From Candidatus Heimdallarchaeota archaeon (GTDB lineage Archaea; Asgardarchaeota; Heimdallarchaeia; Heimdallarchaeales; Heimdallarchaeaceae), in NCBI GenBank assembly GCA_019057815.1, contig JAHLWR010000002.1, forward strand, positions 68,902 to 132,901: a stretch of 64,000 bases of DNA. Reading direction: 5' to 3'. The notes beneath the pieces were generated by a model. It saw only the letters and a list, made by a program, of their open reading frames with translations, was not told the origin of the DNA and made no database searches. The position numbers and the translations under genes are program-made. Below, piece by piece: positions 38,835 through 48,597 of this stretch. Within the stretch, counting starts at the first letter, position 1; each line of letters begins with the position of its first letter.

Positions 38835-40082
38835 CTATTTTCTGCGGCGCAGAAATACTGCGGCCACTAGACCGACCATTGAGACACTTATAAGTATACC
38901 GAACAGCGGACCGGTTTCAGTCGTTGATTCTATTATTGTTGTATTAGTAACAATAGTTGTTGATTCTGTAATAGTTTCTGTCTCGGTTGTTTCTTCGGGT
39001 TCTATACCTACAACAACTTTGAATATAACTGTAGCGTGCCTTAAAGCTGGATAAGGGTTTGCATAAGCTACTGAGTAATCATCTGCTCTTAGACCAGATA
39101 CTATGAAGTAGACATAGTTGACACCTATTACTAGATCAAGTGGTGTTTCATCAAATTGTAACTTTTGGTTAGTAGATAACCATGTATAATTATTAGGTCC
39201 TACTGAGTATACGTTTGCAAACATTGTTCCATAAGTTGCATTAATCAGAACCAGTTCTGTATCTGAAGCGTTATAAATAACGTGTATTGAAGCATTTGCT
39301 CCAGTAGCAGGATCTACATATTGATTACGCTCATCAGGTAGAGTATCATCTGTGTATTGTGCTGCTTCAGCACTTGGTCTGATGTCAGCCCAACCACCGT
39401 CTGCCCAGTTATAATATCCGAAAAGATCCATTGATTCAACAGCTTCAACGTCTATTATAGCCATATTTTCTGCATCTACGCGCAGTGTTGGTGTGTCATC
39501 ACGATTTTCTGCGACATAGAATCTAACTTGGTCTTGAGCATATTCCCAATGCCATTCTGTGTGTGTATCATTTGAAACAAGTTCAGAGAGCACTATTGTA
39601 AGATAATGCCAACCAACATCTAATGCTATAGTGATATCTTGGTATGTATTAGCTTGTGAACCGCCAATATCGAAGTTGGATTGACCAAGGTCGTAACCAT
39701 CTAAGAAAGTCGTCATCTGACCAGCTAGACGTGTTTCTGTATATGTTCCGTTTTCATCGGCTTCATCGTAAAACCAGTTATCTGGTTGCCATCCGTCACC
39801 ATATGCGTTGACGCCACCAGCAGCAAATGAAACAAAAGCTAAATCATAATAGAACATGAAGTCTATTATATCATCTTCAGTAAAGAGCATATTATCAGCT
39901 AATAGTCTTTTGTCAATATCTACAAACACACCACCCATATCGACATAGCAATCTGGATAGTATTTAATTGTTAGATTGACTTTGTTATCATTTGTTTTAG
40001 CGTCAGTAAAGGCAACTACACCTATGGCTGAAACCACGAATAGTAGTACAAAAATTAATCCTTTTTTATTCATATTTTTCAC
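38835..40082 (-). CDS. Secreted surface protein with a Thr/Glu-rich linker and C-terminal TM anchor
   Basis: It has a signal peptide and a C-terminus of TTETETITESTT...GPLFGILISVSMVGLVAAVFLRRRK. Its GC-rich, D/W/Y-rich composition differs from that of neighbouring genes. Confidence 0.4.
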   Translation of the reverse strand: MKNMNKKGLIFVLLFVVSAIGVVAFTDAKTNDNKVNLTIKYYPDCYVDMGGVFVDIDKRLLADNMLFTEDDIIDFMFYYDLAFVSFAAGGVNAYGDGWQPDNWFYDEADENGTYTETRLAGQMTTFLDGYDLGQSNFDIGGSQANTYQDITIALDVGWHYLTIVLSELVSNDTHTEWHWEYAQDQVRFYVAENRDDTPTLRVDAENMAIIDVEAVESMDLFGYYNWADGGWADIRPSAEAAQYTDDTLPDERNQYVDPATGANASIHVIYNASDTELVLINATYGTMFANVYSVGPNNYTWLSTNQKLQFDETPLDLVIGVNYVYFIVSGLRADDYSVAYANPYPALRHATVIFKVVVGIEPEETTETETITESTTIVTNTTIIESTTETGPLFGILISVSMVGLVAAVFLRRRK

Positions 40083-40252
40083 CTTTACTTACGTAAACGT
40101 AAGCGAGATAATTTATTTTTAGGAAATATAAAAAGATTATGTATCCAAATTTCTGAATAATCTGATTTTTTACCAAACAAGAAACCCGAAAGAGCAGCAT
40201 ATTCTACAATAATGTCAAAGGATTTTTTGAGATTCTTAACCAATAAAAATTA

Positions 40253-40990
40253 TCATTCTTTTTTATTAATAAGCCCTTTAACCGCTTTTAATGAGCTGTT
40301 AATATCTTCAATCTTTTTCTCTAAAGATTCCAACATTATTTTAAGTTGACTTATTTCATCTTTTGTAGATTGATGATTTTTTTCCACAATTGTTGATTCA
40401 ACTCTAGATTCAATTCTTTCAGGCATTTCATAGTCCTTTTCACCTGTTGTATCCCCTAAAATCAGTTTTTTACTCATGTGCTCAAATAATTCATTAATAT
40501 TAGTACCTGTTAGTGCTGAAGTTTCATAAACTTTAGGTGAAAATTTGGTTAGCTGTTGAATCTTTTGTGCGGTATTAATAATATCTTCTTGTTCAACTAA
40601 GCGTGAATCATCAAGATCAATTTTGTTACCAATAAGATATATTTCTTGAAGTGAATCTTTAGCATATTGAGTTGCTTCTTCAGCCCATTTTAAGCTGTTA
40701 TTCAATGTTGATGTATTTGTCACATCAAAAACTATTAGTGCACATTTACACCCATGATAGAAAGAGGAGCGCATTCCATGGAAGATGCTTTGTCCCGCTA
40801 AATCCCAGATTGTTAACAAAACTATTTCTCCCTCAATATTCACCTTTTGAGCAGCAAAGTCAGCGCCCAAAGTTTTTAAGTAATCAGTTCGGAAAGATTT
40901 TCCCATATATTTTCTTCTTATTGACGTTTTACCTACTTCAGGGTCTCCAATTAATACGATTTTATAAGCGCGCTTCGGTTCAAGTGACAT
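40253..40990 (-). CDS. Rab/Ras-family small GTPase with a C-terminal coiled-coil extension
   Basis: It has G1 (GDPEVGKT), a Rab-like switch I (YLKTLGADF), G3 (WDLAGQ), G4 (GNKIDL) and G5 (ETSALTG). A charged, helical C-terminal tail of about 70 aa replaces the CaaX box. Confidence 0.8.
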   Translation of the reverse strand: MSLEPKRAYKIVLIGDPEVGKTSIRRKYMGKSFRTDYLKTLGADFAAQKVNIEGEIVLLTIWDLAGQSIFHGMRSSFYHGCKCALIVFDVTNTSTLNNSLKWAEEATQYAKDSLQEIYLIGNKIDLDDSRLVEQEDIINTAQKIQQLTKFSPKVYETSALTGTNINELFEHMSKKLILGDTTGEKDYEMPERIESRVESTIVEKNHQSTKDEISQLKIMLESLEKKIEDINSSLKAVKGLINKKE

Positions 40991-41080
40991 ATGTTAACAC
41001 CAATTAAGTATTAGTGTAACTTTGTTTTATAAAATTTTGTGAATAATGCATTATAAAAAATTGAAGCTCTCAAGAACAAT

Positions 41081-42397
41081 TTATCCTTGTAAACTCTGAT
41101 AAAGTAGCTTGTAAAAGGTTCTTACTACTTCCAAGCTGTCGATTTCTACATATTCATTTGAGCCGTGGACATTTCCACCCAACGGTCCAAATTCAATTGC
41201 GGGGATATTATCAACACTGAACCATCTACTATCTGTTGCACCCCCCATTTCAAGTGGAGTTGAAAGCAATCTCATTTTCTCAGCAACTTCGATGCTTGTT
41301 TTAACAAGTTTTGAATCGAGGGGGGTGTTAACTGGACCGATACTTCCTTTTGACACCACCTTTGATTCGATTAAATACTTTTTAGAAAAATTTTCGAAAT
41401 ATTGTTGTATCACTTCGTGGTCATTACTCATTATTCTCAAATCAAGTTGGCACATATGGCTTTCTCTTTCCTCTCTGTAGTAGTTGAATGTAAGATTGAT
41501 ACCATAATCGCTATAATCAGAGGTTAATTCAACGTTTTTTAGATTGGAAACAGCTTGGAGAAATCTTGTGAGATTTTCATCATATTTATGCACTTCTTCA
41601 CTTGTTCTATCTGGAATAATATAATCAATTGTTATCTCTGATGGAAGGACATTATTTTTTACAAACACACCTGTAATTTTCTGAACTTTGTAATCGTTTT
41701 TCACAAGAAATTGAGATGCTAAATCTGCACAATGAACATCCATTTGCTTGTTAAAATACGCAGCATGCATAGTTCTGTCGTCAATTATTTTAGTTCTGAA
41801 AGTTTCAGAATTCTTTCTTCCTCTAATTTCCCCCACGCACTTCTTTAGGTTAAACGTGATCACATACGGATTACGACGACGATTTATTATCTGCAGACCG
41901 TTTGCATCACCATTAATAACATAATCTGGAACGAGGTTTTTTTCTTTTAAAATAGGCAGTAATTGACCTGCACCATAAGATCCACCTGATTCTTCATCAA
42001 GATTTATCGCATAGACAATTGAAGCTGTTCCATTGTTCTTGAAAAATTCAGCTAAACTTAGCATAACAGCTACTGCTCCTTTCATATCAGCAGAACCCCT
42101 ACCATAAGCTTTGCCATCCTTTATAGTCAATTGAAAAGGGTCTGTCTCCCACTTTGGTCCTGGGGGAACAACGTCACAATGACCAATAAAGAGAATTATA
42201 GGTTTTAACCTTGGTATGTATGATAATAGTGACCAGTAACCATTTTCTTCATAGAATAAACTATCATAATCCAAAAGAGCAAAAATTTGGTCGTTAATAT
42301 AATCTAGTATATCTCGAGAAGGTTTTGTATTTTCTACAGGATTATTTACTGAAGAAAAAGAGACTAGTTTATTCAAACATGTTAAGAAATCTTCCAT
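41081..42397 (-). CDS. M20-family metallopeptidase (ArgE/DapE/CPG2-like)
   Basis: It carries the M20 metal-binding motifs LFIGHCDVVPPG and GRGSADMKGAVA. Confidence 0.7.
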   Translation of the reverse strand: MEDFLTCLNKLVSFSSVNNPVENTKPSRDILDYINDQIFALLDYDSLFYEENGYWSLLSYIPRLKPIILFIGHCDVVPPGPKWETDPFQLTIKDGKAYGRGSADMKGAVAVMLSLAEFFKNNGTASIVYAINLDEESGGSYGAGQLLPILKEKNLVPDYVINGDANGLQIINRRRNPYVITFNLKKCVGEIRGRKNSETFRTKIIDDRTMHAAYFNKQMDVHCADLASQFLVKNDYKVQKITGVFVKNNVLPSEITIDYIIPDRTSEEVHKYDENLTRFLQAVSNLKNVELTSDYSDYGINLTFNYYREERESHMCQLDLRIMSNDHEVIQQYFENFSKKYLIESKVVSKGSIGPVNTPLDSKLVKTSIEVAEKMRLLSTPLEMGGATDSRWFSVDNIPAIEFGPLGGNVHGSNEYVEIDSLEVVRTFYKLLYQSLQG

Positions 42398-42448
42398 GAT
42401 ATAAATTAGTTACATTTTCTTTTTAGATTTTTGGAAAGAGTTAAGGGA

Positions 42449-43045
42449 TTAAGTAATTATTATTAAACTACTTTGGTAAAAAGAATTCTCAATTGCATAT
42501 CTTCCTCCAGCTTGTAAGAGGTAACGATAGTTCATTATGATATAAAACGATTCTCCAAAACCCAATTCACCTATAGAACCTTCTAAGTTTTCACATTGGA
42601 CATCAAAATCAGCGTAAGTACCATTTTCTACTTTGTAACCTTCCACTGGTTGCCCTAAATATTCGTTAACCCAGAAGGTATATTCACTGAGGACAATCAC
42701 CCAAGGAATAGTTTCATCGACTAATTCTCCAGTTGGTAACATAATATCGAAATCATAAATATAAATATCTGGAGAAAAAGCATCATTATTAATTTGAAAG
42801 GATATTGTATCATTTAGCGTATCATTATCAGTATCTGCAAATCCAGTAATAATGAATGTAAAATTAACTTGAGAGGTCATAGAAGGGGTCTCTAAATAGT
42901 CTGGAAGTTCAATTACATTTATATTAAAGATAACCCCTGCAATTATACCTGCAGCTCCAAGTGTCAGAGCTAGAAGCATTACTGTTGCAATGATGGGAGA
43001 AACTCCTCTACGACATTTTTTTAGTATAAGCAACATTTGAAACAT
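42449..43045 (-). CDS. Archaeal type IV pilin-like protein (class III signal peptide, DUF361-like)
   Basis: Its N-terminus KKCRRGVSPIIATVMLLALTLGAAGIIAGVIF matches the prepilin-peptidase substrate pattern [KR]G-VSPIIATVLL. Confidence 0.6.
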   Translation of the reverse strand: MFQMLLILKKCRRGVSPIIATVMLLALTLGAAGIIAGVIFNINVIELPDYLETPSMTSQVNFTFIITGFADTDNDTLNDTISFQINNDAFSPDIYIYDFDIMLPTGELVDETIPWVIVLSEYTFWVNEYLGQPVEGYKVENGTYADFDVQCENLEGSIGELGFGESFYIIMNYRYLLQAGGRYAIENSFYQSSLIIIT

Positions 43046-43123
43046 TCCTTGATTTATTTAGTGATGTTGTATACAAAGATTATTTTGAAACTATATAACT
43101 TTTAAGTTGGTTTGAACAAATTA

Positions 43124-44911
43124 TCATTTTACTTCTTTATCAGCTAATTCATTACTCATTATTTTTTCTTTGTTTCTTTTACTAAACAGGCGTTTGAATG
43201 TTTTTATGGTTTCTTTATATATGTAAACTGTATCATCTTTAATCATTACATAATTTTTCTTCTTAAACAAACTTTTGTACATTGACTGAGGTATTAAAAG
43301 TGAAACTAGTATAAACAGTATAAGTAAGAACAAGGGATGCAGATGTCTTGATTTAATGATAATTATCCATGTATAGTAGTAAAATGCCCCACAGCATAGA
43401 ACGAATGAGAAACCTAACGCTAAATCCTTAAGTCTTGGTTTAATGATAATTATCCATGTATAGTAGTAAAATGCCCCAAAACATAGAATGAAAAAGGAAC
43501 CTAACGCTGAAGCCTTTAATTTTTCAGTATTAACCAATGATTGAACAAAAGATTTTTCTTTTGTGGCAGCTACTTTTTCTTCTGAAACATCAATCTTCTC
43601 TGTTGTATTTTCTTTATTGTCTTCAGATTTTCCATCTCTGTGAATTATCTTATTCAGTAAATCAAATAGATAATCATCTAAAAGCATTACAGCACCCAGT
43701 AGTAAGAAAGGACTGAAAAATGCACCATAATATTTGTATACACCTCTGGCTATAAACACATGCGTAAGTAAAATCAACCAAGTTGTAAATACACCGAAGT
43801 ATGTTTCATTTTCCCCGATTTTTTTTCCATTAAAGTATGCTATAAGAGCTGCTATTATATAAAACAAGAAAAATGGAATCTGGTATTTATTAAGTGTTAA
43901 ATAGAAATTCGAGAGGAAACCTATATCCAGATATTTAAAACTGTGAGCTAGAGAAACAGTTACTCCATTATACATTGGCGAAATAACTGCAGTACTAAGA
44001 GCCTTTCCAGGACCTAAAACCCTTCTGACATAAGACATTGGAGTTAATACCAACCAAGGTAGAGAAAAAAGAAATGTTGCGATAAAAAATGGTACTAAAA
44101 ACTCTACTAAAGCAGTTTTTAATGATTTCTTTTTCCATACAATAAGGAACCAGATCGGGACTATGAATAGTGTCATTTGTTTTGAGAGCCATGCAATTGT
44201 GAGGAATAACGCAGAAATCCTGTATTTTTCTTTCAAGAACAATATCAGTGCCAATAAAGTAAAAAATGTCATTTGTGGAATATTAAGAAATCTACTATCA
44301 ACATAAATTAAATTCATCGGCATGAAAGTAAGACCAACAGCTGCAAGGATTCCAATAGCGTGCTTTTTGATATCGTTACGTTTTTGAAAAGATTTAAGTT
44401 GTGTAATGACAATATATAATAATGCTACAGTTAGTGCATCAAAAACAATATGAGACCATTTTACTGATTCTGCGACTAGTAAATCCCTTTCCATGCCTGG
44501 ATTAAAAAGACCTACAAAGATTGAAATAAAATATATTGAATAAATGAAAATTGGTCCATATGCATAACCATTTAGAGGTCCCTCTCCGCCAGCATAAGGA
44601 TTCCAATTTTCAAAACGAAAAGCTTGAAGATAGGGTTCATAATAGTGGGAGGCATCATTATAGGATTCGATGTACCATACAACAGATTCGTCTCCTAAAG
44701 TTCCACTTGTATGTGTCCAATAAAAACTGCTGCCATTCTGCTCTAAATACCATGTTGAAAACAGATTTTTCATTACCATAGCAAAAGTAAAAAGCATTAA
44801 TGCTATTAAAGAAATTTTTAGCATCTCAATAGCTTGCTCTCTTGTAATATTGTTTTTTAGGCGCTTGATTGGATTTATGTCAATGTTGCGTAGTTTTGTC
44901 ATTATTGTCAC
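43124..44911 (-). CDS. Large polytopic membrane protein (possible GT-C-like glycosyltransferase) containing an internal tandem duplication
   Basis: It has more than 12 TM helices and no WWDYG motif. It contains an in-frame duplicated 29-aa TM segment. Confidence 0.4.
   Translation of the reverse strand: MTIMTKLRNIDINPIKRLKNNITREQAIEMLKISLIALMLFTFAMVMKNLFSTWYLEQNGSSFYWTHTSGTLGDESVVWYIESYNDASHYYEPYLQAFRFENWNPYAGGEGPLNGYAYGPIFIYSIYFISIFVGLFNPGMERDLLVAESVKWSHIVFDALTVALLYIVITQLKSFQKRNDIKKHAIGILAAVGLTFMPMNLIYVDSRFLNIPQMTFFTLLALILFLKEKYRISALFLTIAWLSKQMTLFIVPIWFLIVWKKKSLKTALVEFLVPFFIATFLFSLPWLVLTPMSYVRRVLGPGKALSTAVISPMYNGVTVSLAHSFKYLDIGFLSNFYLTLNKYQIPFFLFYIIAALIAYFNGKKIGENETYFGVFTTWLILLTHVFIARGVYKYYGAFFSPFLLLGAVMLLDDYLFDLLNKIIHRDGKSEDNKENTTEKIDVSEEKVAATKEKSFVQSLVNTEKLKASALGSFFILCFGAFYYYTWIIIIKPRLKDLALGFSFVLCCGAFYYYTWIIIIKSRHLHPLFLLILFILVSLLIPQSMYKSLFKKKNYVMIKDDTVYIYKETIKTFKRLFSKRNKEKIMSNELADKEVK
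43349..43522. repeat. In-frame 87-bp tandem duplication (two copies, about 88% identical) inside the membrane protein gene
   Basis: The unit ...tttaatgataattatccatgtatagtagtaaaatgcccca... begins at about 43352 and again at 43439. The encoded copies are ALGSFFILCFGAFYYYTWIIIIKPRLKDL and ALGFSFVLCCGAFYYYTWIIIIKSRHLHP. Confidence 0.8.
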
Positions 44912-45167
44912 TTGATACTGAGGACTTGATATTGAGGTTTACAATCTTAAATATATATAATTTGGGGGAACAACTCAAAAAAAGTCTTTCAACAATATCT
45001 TTAGAATATTTTGTTTTCATTTTAAAATACTATTCATGTATAATTTCAGAAAATCTCTCGATTCTTCTTTCATGAGGATAGAGTAGTTAGTGTGTGACTC
45101 ACCCTAGAAAAATAGTGGTCATCTTGCTGTTTATTCTCTGAAGCCCCCTTCTTTAGGTGGGGAGTAG

Positions 45168-45572
45168 TCACTTTGGTGAGGGTATTGTTTGAATTTGATG
45201 GTAAGAATGTTCTGCTTTTTTTAATGAAGATTTCAATACATCGATTTCTTCTTTCGATAAACCTGCCTTCTTCAGTTCATCTATAAATGAATAGGACGAC
45301 ACAGAAATGTGCTTCAAATTTCCACGATTAAGTATCTCACTAACTTTATTTCGCATGTTCCACAAATAGGGACGATTCTTAAAATGTATCATAGCTTTCC
45401 TTACTTCGCCTCTTACAATTTCTGCGTCCTCAGCACGAATTTGTTGTTCATTTGTTTCAAGGAAATGGGTGATTTCTTTCAATATTAAAGGATCTATTTC
45501 TTCAGTTGTCGGAAATACACAGTTTAAAGCAAATTCTAAGAGTTCCTTATCACCAATTGTAGATACCATCAC
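45168..45572 (-). CDS. Hypothetical protein
   Basis: This is an ORF with no recognisable domain. Confidence 0.3.
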   Translation of the reverse strand: MMVSTIGDKELLEFALNCVFPTTEEIDPLILKEITHFLETNEQQIRAEDAEIVRGEVRKAMIHFKNRPYLWNMRNKVSEILNRGNLKHISVSSYSFIDELKKAGLSKEEIDVLKSSLKKAEHSYHQIQTIPSPK

Positions 45573-45658
45573 TATAAAAGCATAATTTAATTTAAAAAAG
45601 CCGGATGATATGAGGCTATGATGGAAGACTTAACCTAGGTATTACAAAGTATGATGTC

Positions 45659-48199
45659 TTACACATATGCTTGATATTCTTCATAATTTTCAATTATTTT
45701 TAGATCAGATTCTTTCAGTAATTTGAGTGATTCCATTGCCCCTATTTTGTTTAATGGCTGATTATTATTACCACATTGATAGCTGTAAGTGCATCTAGGG
45801 CATCCATCTGTTGTCTTACATGTGCAGTTTTCTAGAATAATTATACTTCTTTTGAATCCTTCTTCTAATCGGTCGTACAGAAGTTTGGATAATCCACTCC
45901 CACCTTTAGCTCCATCATAGACAAAAATTGCACCAGAATCACCCATTGAAATACCCCCTAGTTCTGCATTCCCACCTCCTGTTAACATAGAACTTGATTC
46001 AATAAGGACATGTTCTACAGCATGGAAAGTTCCATTAAATAGCGCTTCTTCTGATATTTCAGGGAATCTAGAAATAATTTGAGATGGATGTGGGGCTGTA
46101 AACATAAAGCCTTTTGTTGGAAAAGTATAAACAATTGGGGGGTCTATTTCAGTTATTCCTAGAAGTTCATTAGAATATATATCAGTGATTTTATACCCAG
46201 TTACATATTCAGTTATCTGTAAATCACAGTAAACTACTTCAGTTCCGAGAACATTCTTTTTTTCAATTATTTGCGTTATCTTAGGTAAAGCAAACCGCAT
46301 AGAAGTAGTTTTTTGGTTTTGCGGGTTCATTTCTTCGACAACTATATCCCCTAGACCTAATTCAGGTTTGTAATTAAAGGAACGTGACCTATAGTATTTA
46401 CCACCATGAAGATATATTGCACCAGCATGGAGTTCTCGAGCTGCCATTGGCATAGATCGTTCTCCCAAAATCCTTTGCTTTACATCTTTGATAATCAAAG
46501 TATCTCCTATTCCTCTAATAGAGTAGTTTTTCAGAAGCTGTTCAATATCTTTTCTTCGAATAGGTCTATACAAGTTCTTTGAGGTTAACCTTATCAATTG
46601 TTCTTTCACAAGTTGCTTAATTATTGATTCAATTTCTAGAAATTCTCCCTTTTCAATTGGTTTATCAAGAATTGCTGCTAGAGTTTGATAATAGGAAACA
46701 ATTTCATTCTTTGGTTCTATATAACCTTTCCTTACATCTTCAAAGTAAGTGAATGGATGAGTACTATAATAAGTGCTGATGGGATCATCGTTCCTTAGAA
46801 TAAGGACTCCTATGGATTCTTGTCCTTTTCTACCTGCCCTTCCTAGTCTTTGAGTAAAACTCGTAACGTCAACAATGGAAGAAATAACAGCAGAAACATC
46901 ACCAATATCAATTCCTAACTCAAGTGTTGGAGTGGAAACAAGAATATCTAATTGCCCTTTTCTGAAGCTGTTCTCTACTCTGTCTCTATACTCTTTAGTC
47001 AAACCAGCTCGATGAACTGCTGATTTGAGCTTTGCACGTTTTAACATCAAATTAACTATTTCTGCATTTTTGTGATTATTTTGGAAACAAAGAGTTTTGT
47101 ATTTAGAGTACAAGAGCTGTTGCGCTATTGATGCAGTAATTGTGTATTGACTAACAGCAAAAGGCATTACCATCAATAGATGAATTGCAGCTTTTCTAGC
47201 TGTTTCTACAGTTATTGCTTTTACATCTCTCCCAAAAAGCTGTGATGCAAATTCTTGACCATTTCCTATTGTTGCGCTTGCTCCAATAAACTTGATTTTA
47301 TATTTTGATAATCTCTGTAATCTTTTAAGTATAAAATATAGATTTGATCCGAAAGCTCCCACAGCAATGTGAATTTCATCAATTATAACGAATTTAACAC
47401 CTTGTAATAACTCTCTGAACTGTGTTCTTCGCATATGATAATGGAGCATATCAGGATTTGTGATGATTATATCAGGAGGATATTGAAAGATTCTATTGCG
47501 TACGTCTTTGGGCGTGTCACCATCAAAAATCTCTGAATTTATACCTAAGGCACTTCCATACATCCTTATTTTTTTATGCTGATCCTTTGCTAGTGCTTTA
47601 GTGGGATAAATGATTATTGCACTAACTCCTCTTCGCAAAAGAGGGTGAGGATTAGACTCCCAGATTTTTGAAATTACTGGTAAAAGAAATGATTCAGTTT
47701 TTCCAGTTCCGGTTGGGGTTACAATTACAATGTCTTTTCCCTTTTGAATCATTTCAAAGGCTTCTACTTGAAATTCAAAAAGAGTCTTTATCCCGCTTTC
47801 CTGAAGCATATTATTGAGCTCTTTTGGATAAATCTTTTTTTTACTGCTTATTGGGGGAAATTGTTGCTTGAGAAAACTGTAGAACACAATCTCATTATCT
47901 GGATTATCTATTATCCGCTTTACCACATTTGGAAGGGTGTCTGGTTCAATTCCTGCGTTTTTTATGAGTTTCATTTTTTCTTCTTTTGTTTTTCTTTTTA
48001 TAATAGGTAAGGCAGCATCTTTTTGCTTATTTTCTGGTTTTGAAGATTTTTTATTTCTTTGTTTCAACAATCTTTCATAAGCTTCTTCTTTATCTAGAGT
48101 ATAGTATTGCTTATTTAACCCACAAAAAGAGCAAAAGAGAATTATAGAATCAACTTTTTTCGAGACAAAGAGCTCTTTTTCACAATCTGGACACTGCAT
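45659..48199 (-). CDS. DEAD/DEAH-box SF2 helicase with an N-terminal zinc ribbon and a C-terminal DUF1998 (MZB, four-Cys) domain; YprA/MrfA-like
   Basis: It has a CPDCEK...CSFCG zinc ribbon, motif I (VTPTGTGKTESF), motif II (IIDEIHIAVG) and motif VI (QRLGRAGRKGQ). Its C-terminus is CTCKTTDGCPRCTYSYQCGNNNQPLNKIGA. Confidence 0.7.
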   Translation of the reverse strand: MQCPDCEKELFVSKKVDSIILFCSFCGLNKQYYTLDKEEAYERLLKQRNKKSSKPENKQKDAALPIIKRKTKEEKMKLIKNAGIEPDTLPNVVKRIIDNPDNEIVFYSFLKQQFPPISSKKKIYPKELNNMLQESGIKTLFEFQVEAFEMIQKGKDIVIVTPTGTGKTESFLLPVISKIWESNPHPLLRRGVSAIIIYPTKALAKDQHKKIRMYGSALGINSEIFDGDTPKDVRNRIFQYPPDIIITNPDMLHYHMRRTQFRELLQGVKFVIIDEIHIAVGAFGSNLYFILKRLQRLSKYKIKFIGASATIGNGQEFASQLFGRDVKAITVETARKAAIHLLMVMPFAVSQYTITASIAQQLLYSKYKTLCFQNNHKNAEIVNLMLKRAKLKSAVHRAGLTKEYRDRVENSFRKGQLDILVSTPTLELGIDIGDVSAVISSIVDVTSFTQRLGRAGRKGQESIGVLILRNDDPISTYYSTHPFTYFEDVRKGYIEPKNEIVSYYQTLAAILDKPIEKGEFLEIESIIKQLVKEQLIRLTSKNLYRPIRRKDIEQLLKNYSIRGIGDTLIIKDVKQRILGERSMPMAARELHAGAIYLHGGKYYRSRSFNYKPELGLGDIVVEEMNPQNQKTTSMRFALPKITQIIEKKNVLGTEVVYCDLQITEYVTGYKITDIYSNELLGITEIDPPIVYTFPTKGFMFTAPHPSQIISRFPEISEEALFNGTFHAVEHVLIESSSMLTGGGNAELGGISMGDSGAIFVYDGAKGGSGLSKLLYDRLEEGFKRSIIILENCTCKTTDGCPRCTYSYQCGNNNQPLNKIGAMESLKLLKESDLKIIENYEEYQAYV

Positions 48200-48597
48200 T
48201 CAAAGACATAAACACATATTACTTAATAAAGCTGTATCCCTTACTGATAATCGTCTAGTAAAATACCAAAAAGATAGGTTTAAAATGGTTTTTTCTCCCA
48301 TATACTTGGAAGATAAGAATGGCAGAAAATCTACGTGTATGCAAATGGAAGCAAAGTATTAGTGGTCGCAGTCCAGAGGGAACAGTTCAAAAAATCAATT
48401 TTCCTTGCCGTTTCCCAGATTCAGATTTGACTTTCGAACTGTGCGTTCAATGTTTGCTAGGAGAACTATTCTCAGTGTTTTACACCCAAACGATGAACAT
48501 GCAAAAGAGCGGTAATATGCAAGAAGAAATTATGGCGTTCCTAAAAAATTTCACTTCTGAAGATTTTGATATGAGATGAATAATGAAGCAAATAGAA

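Noticed and set aside
45093-45180. Imperfect inverted repeat (gtgactcaccc ... ggggagtagtcac ... ggtgaggg) between the small ORF and the large membrane protein gene
   Set aside because: The arms are interrupted by mismatches and an insertion. It is too degenerate to call a terminator or operator with any confidence.
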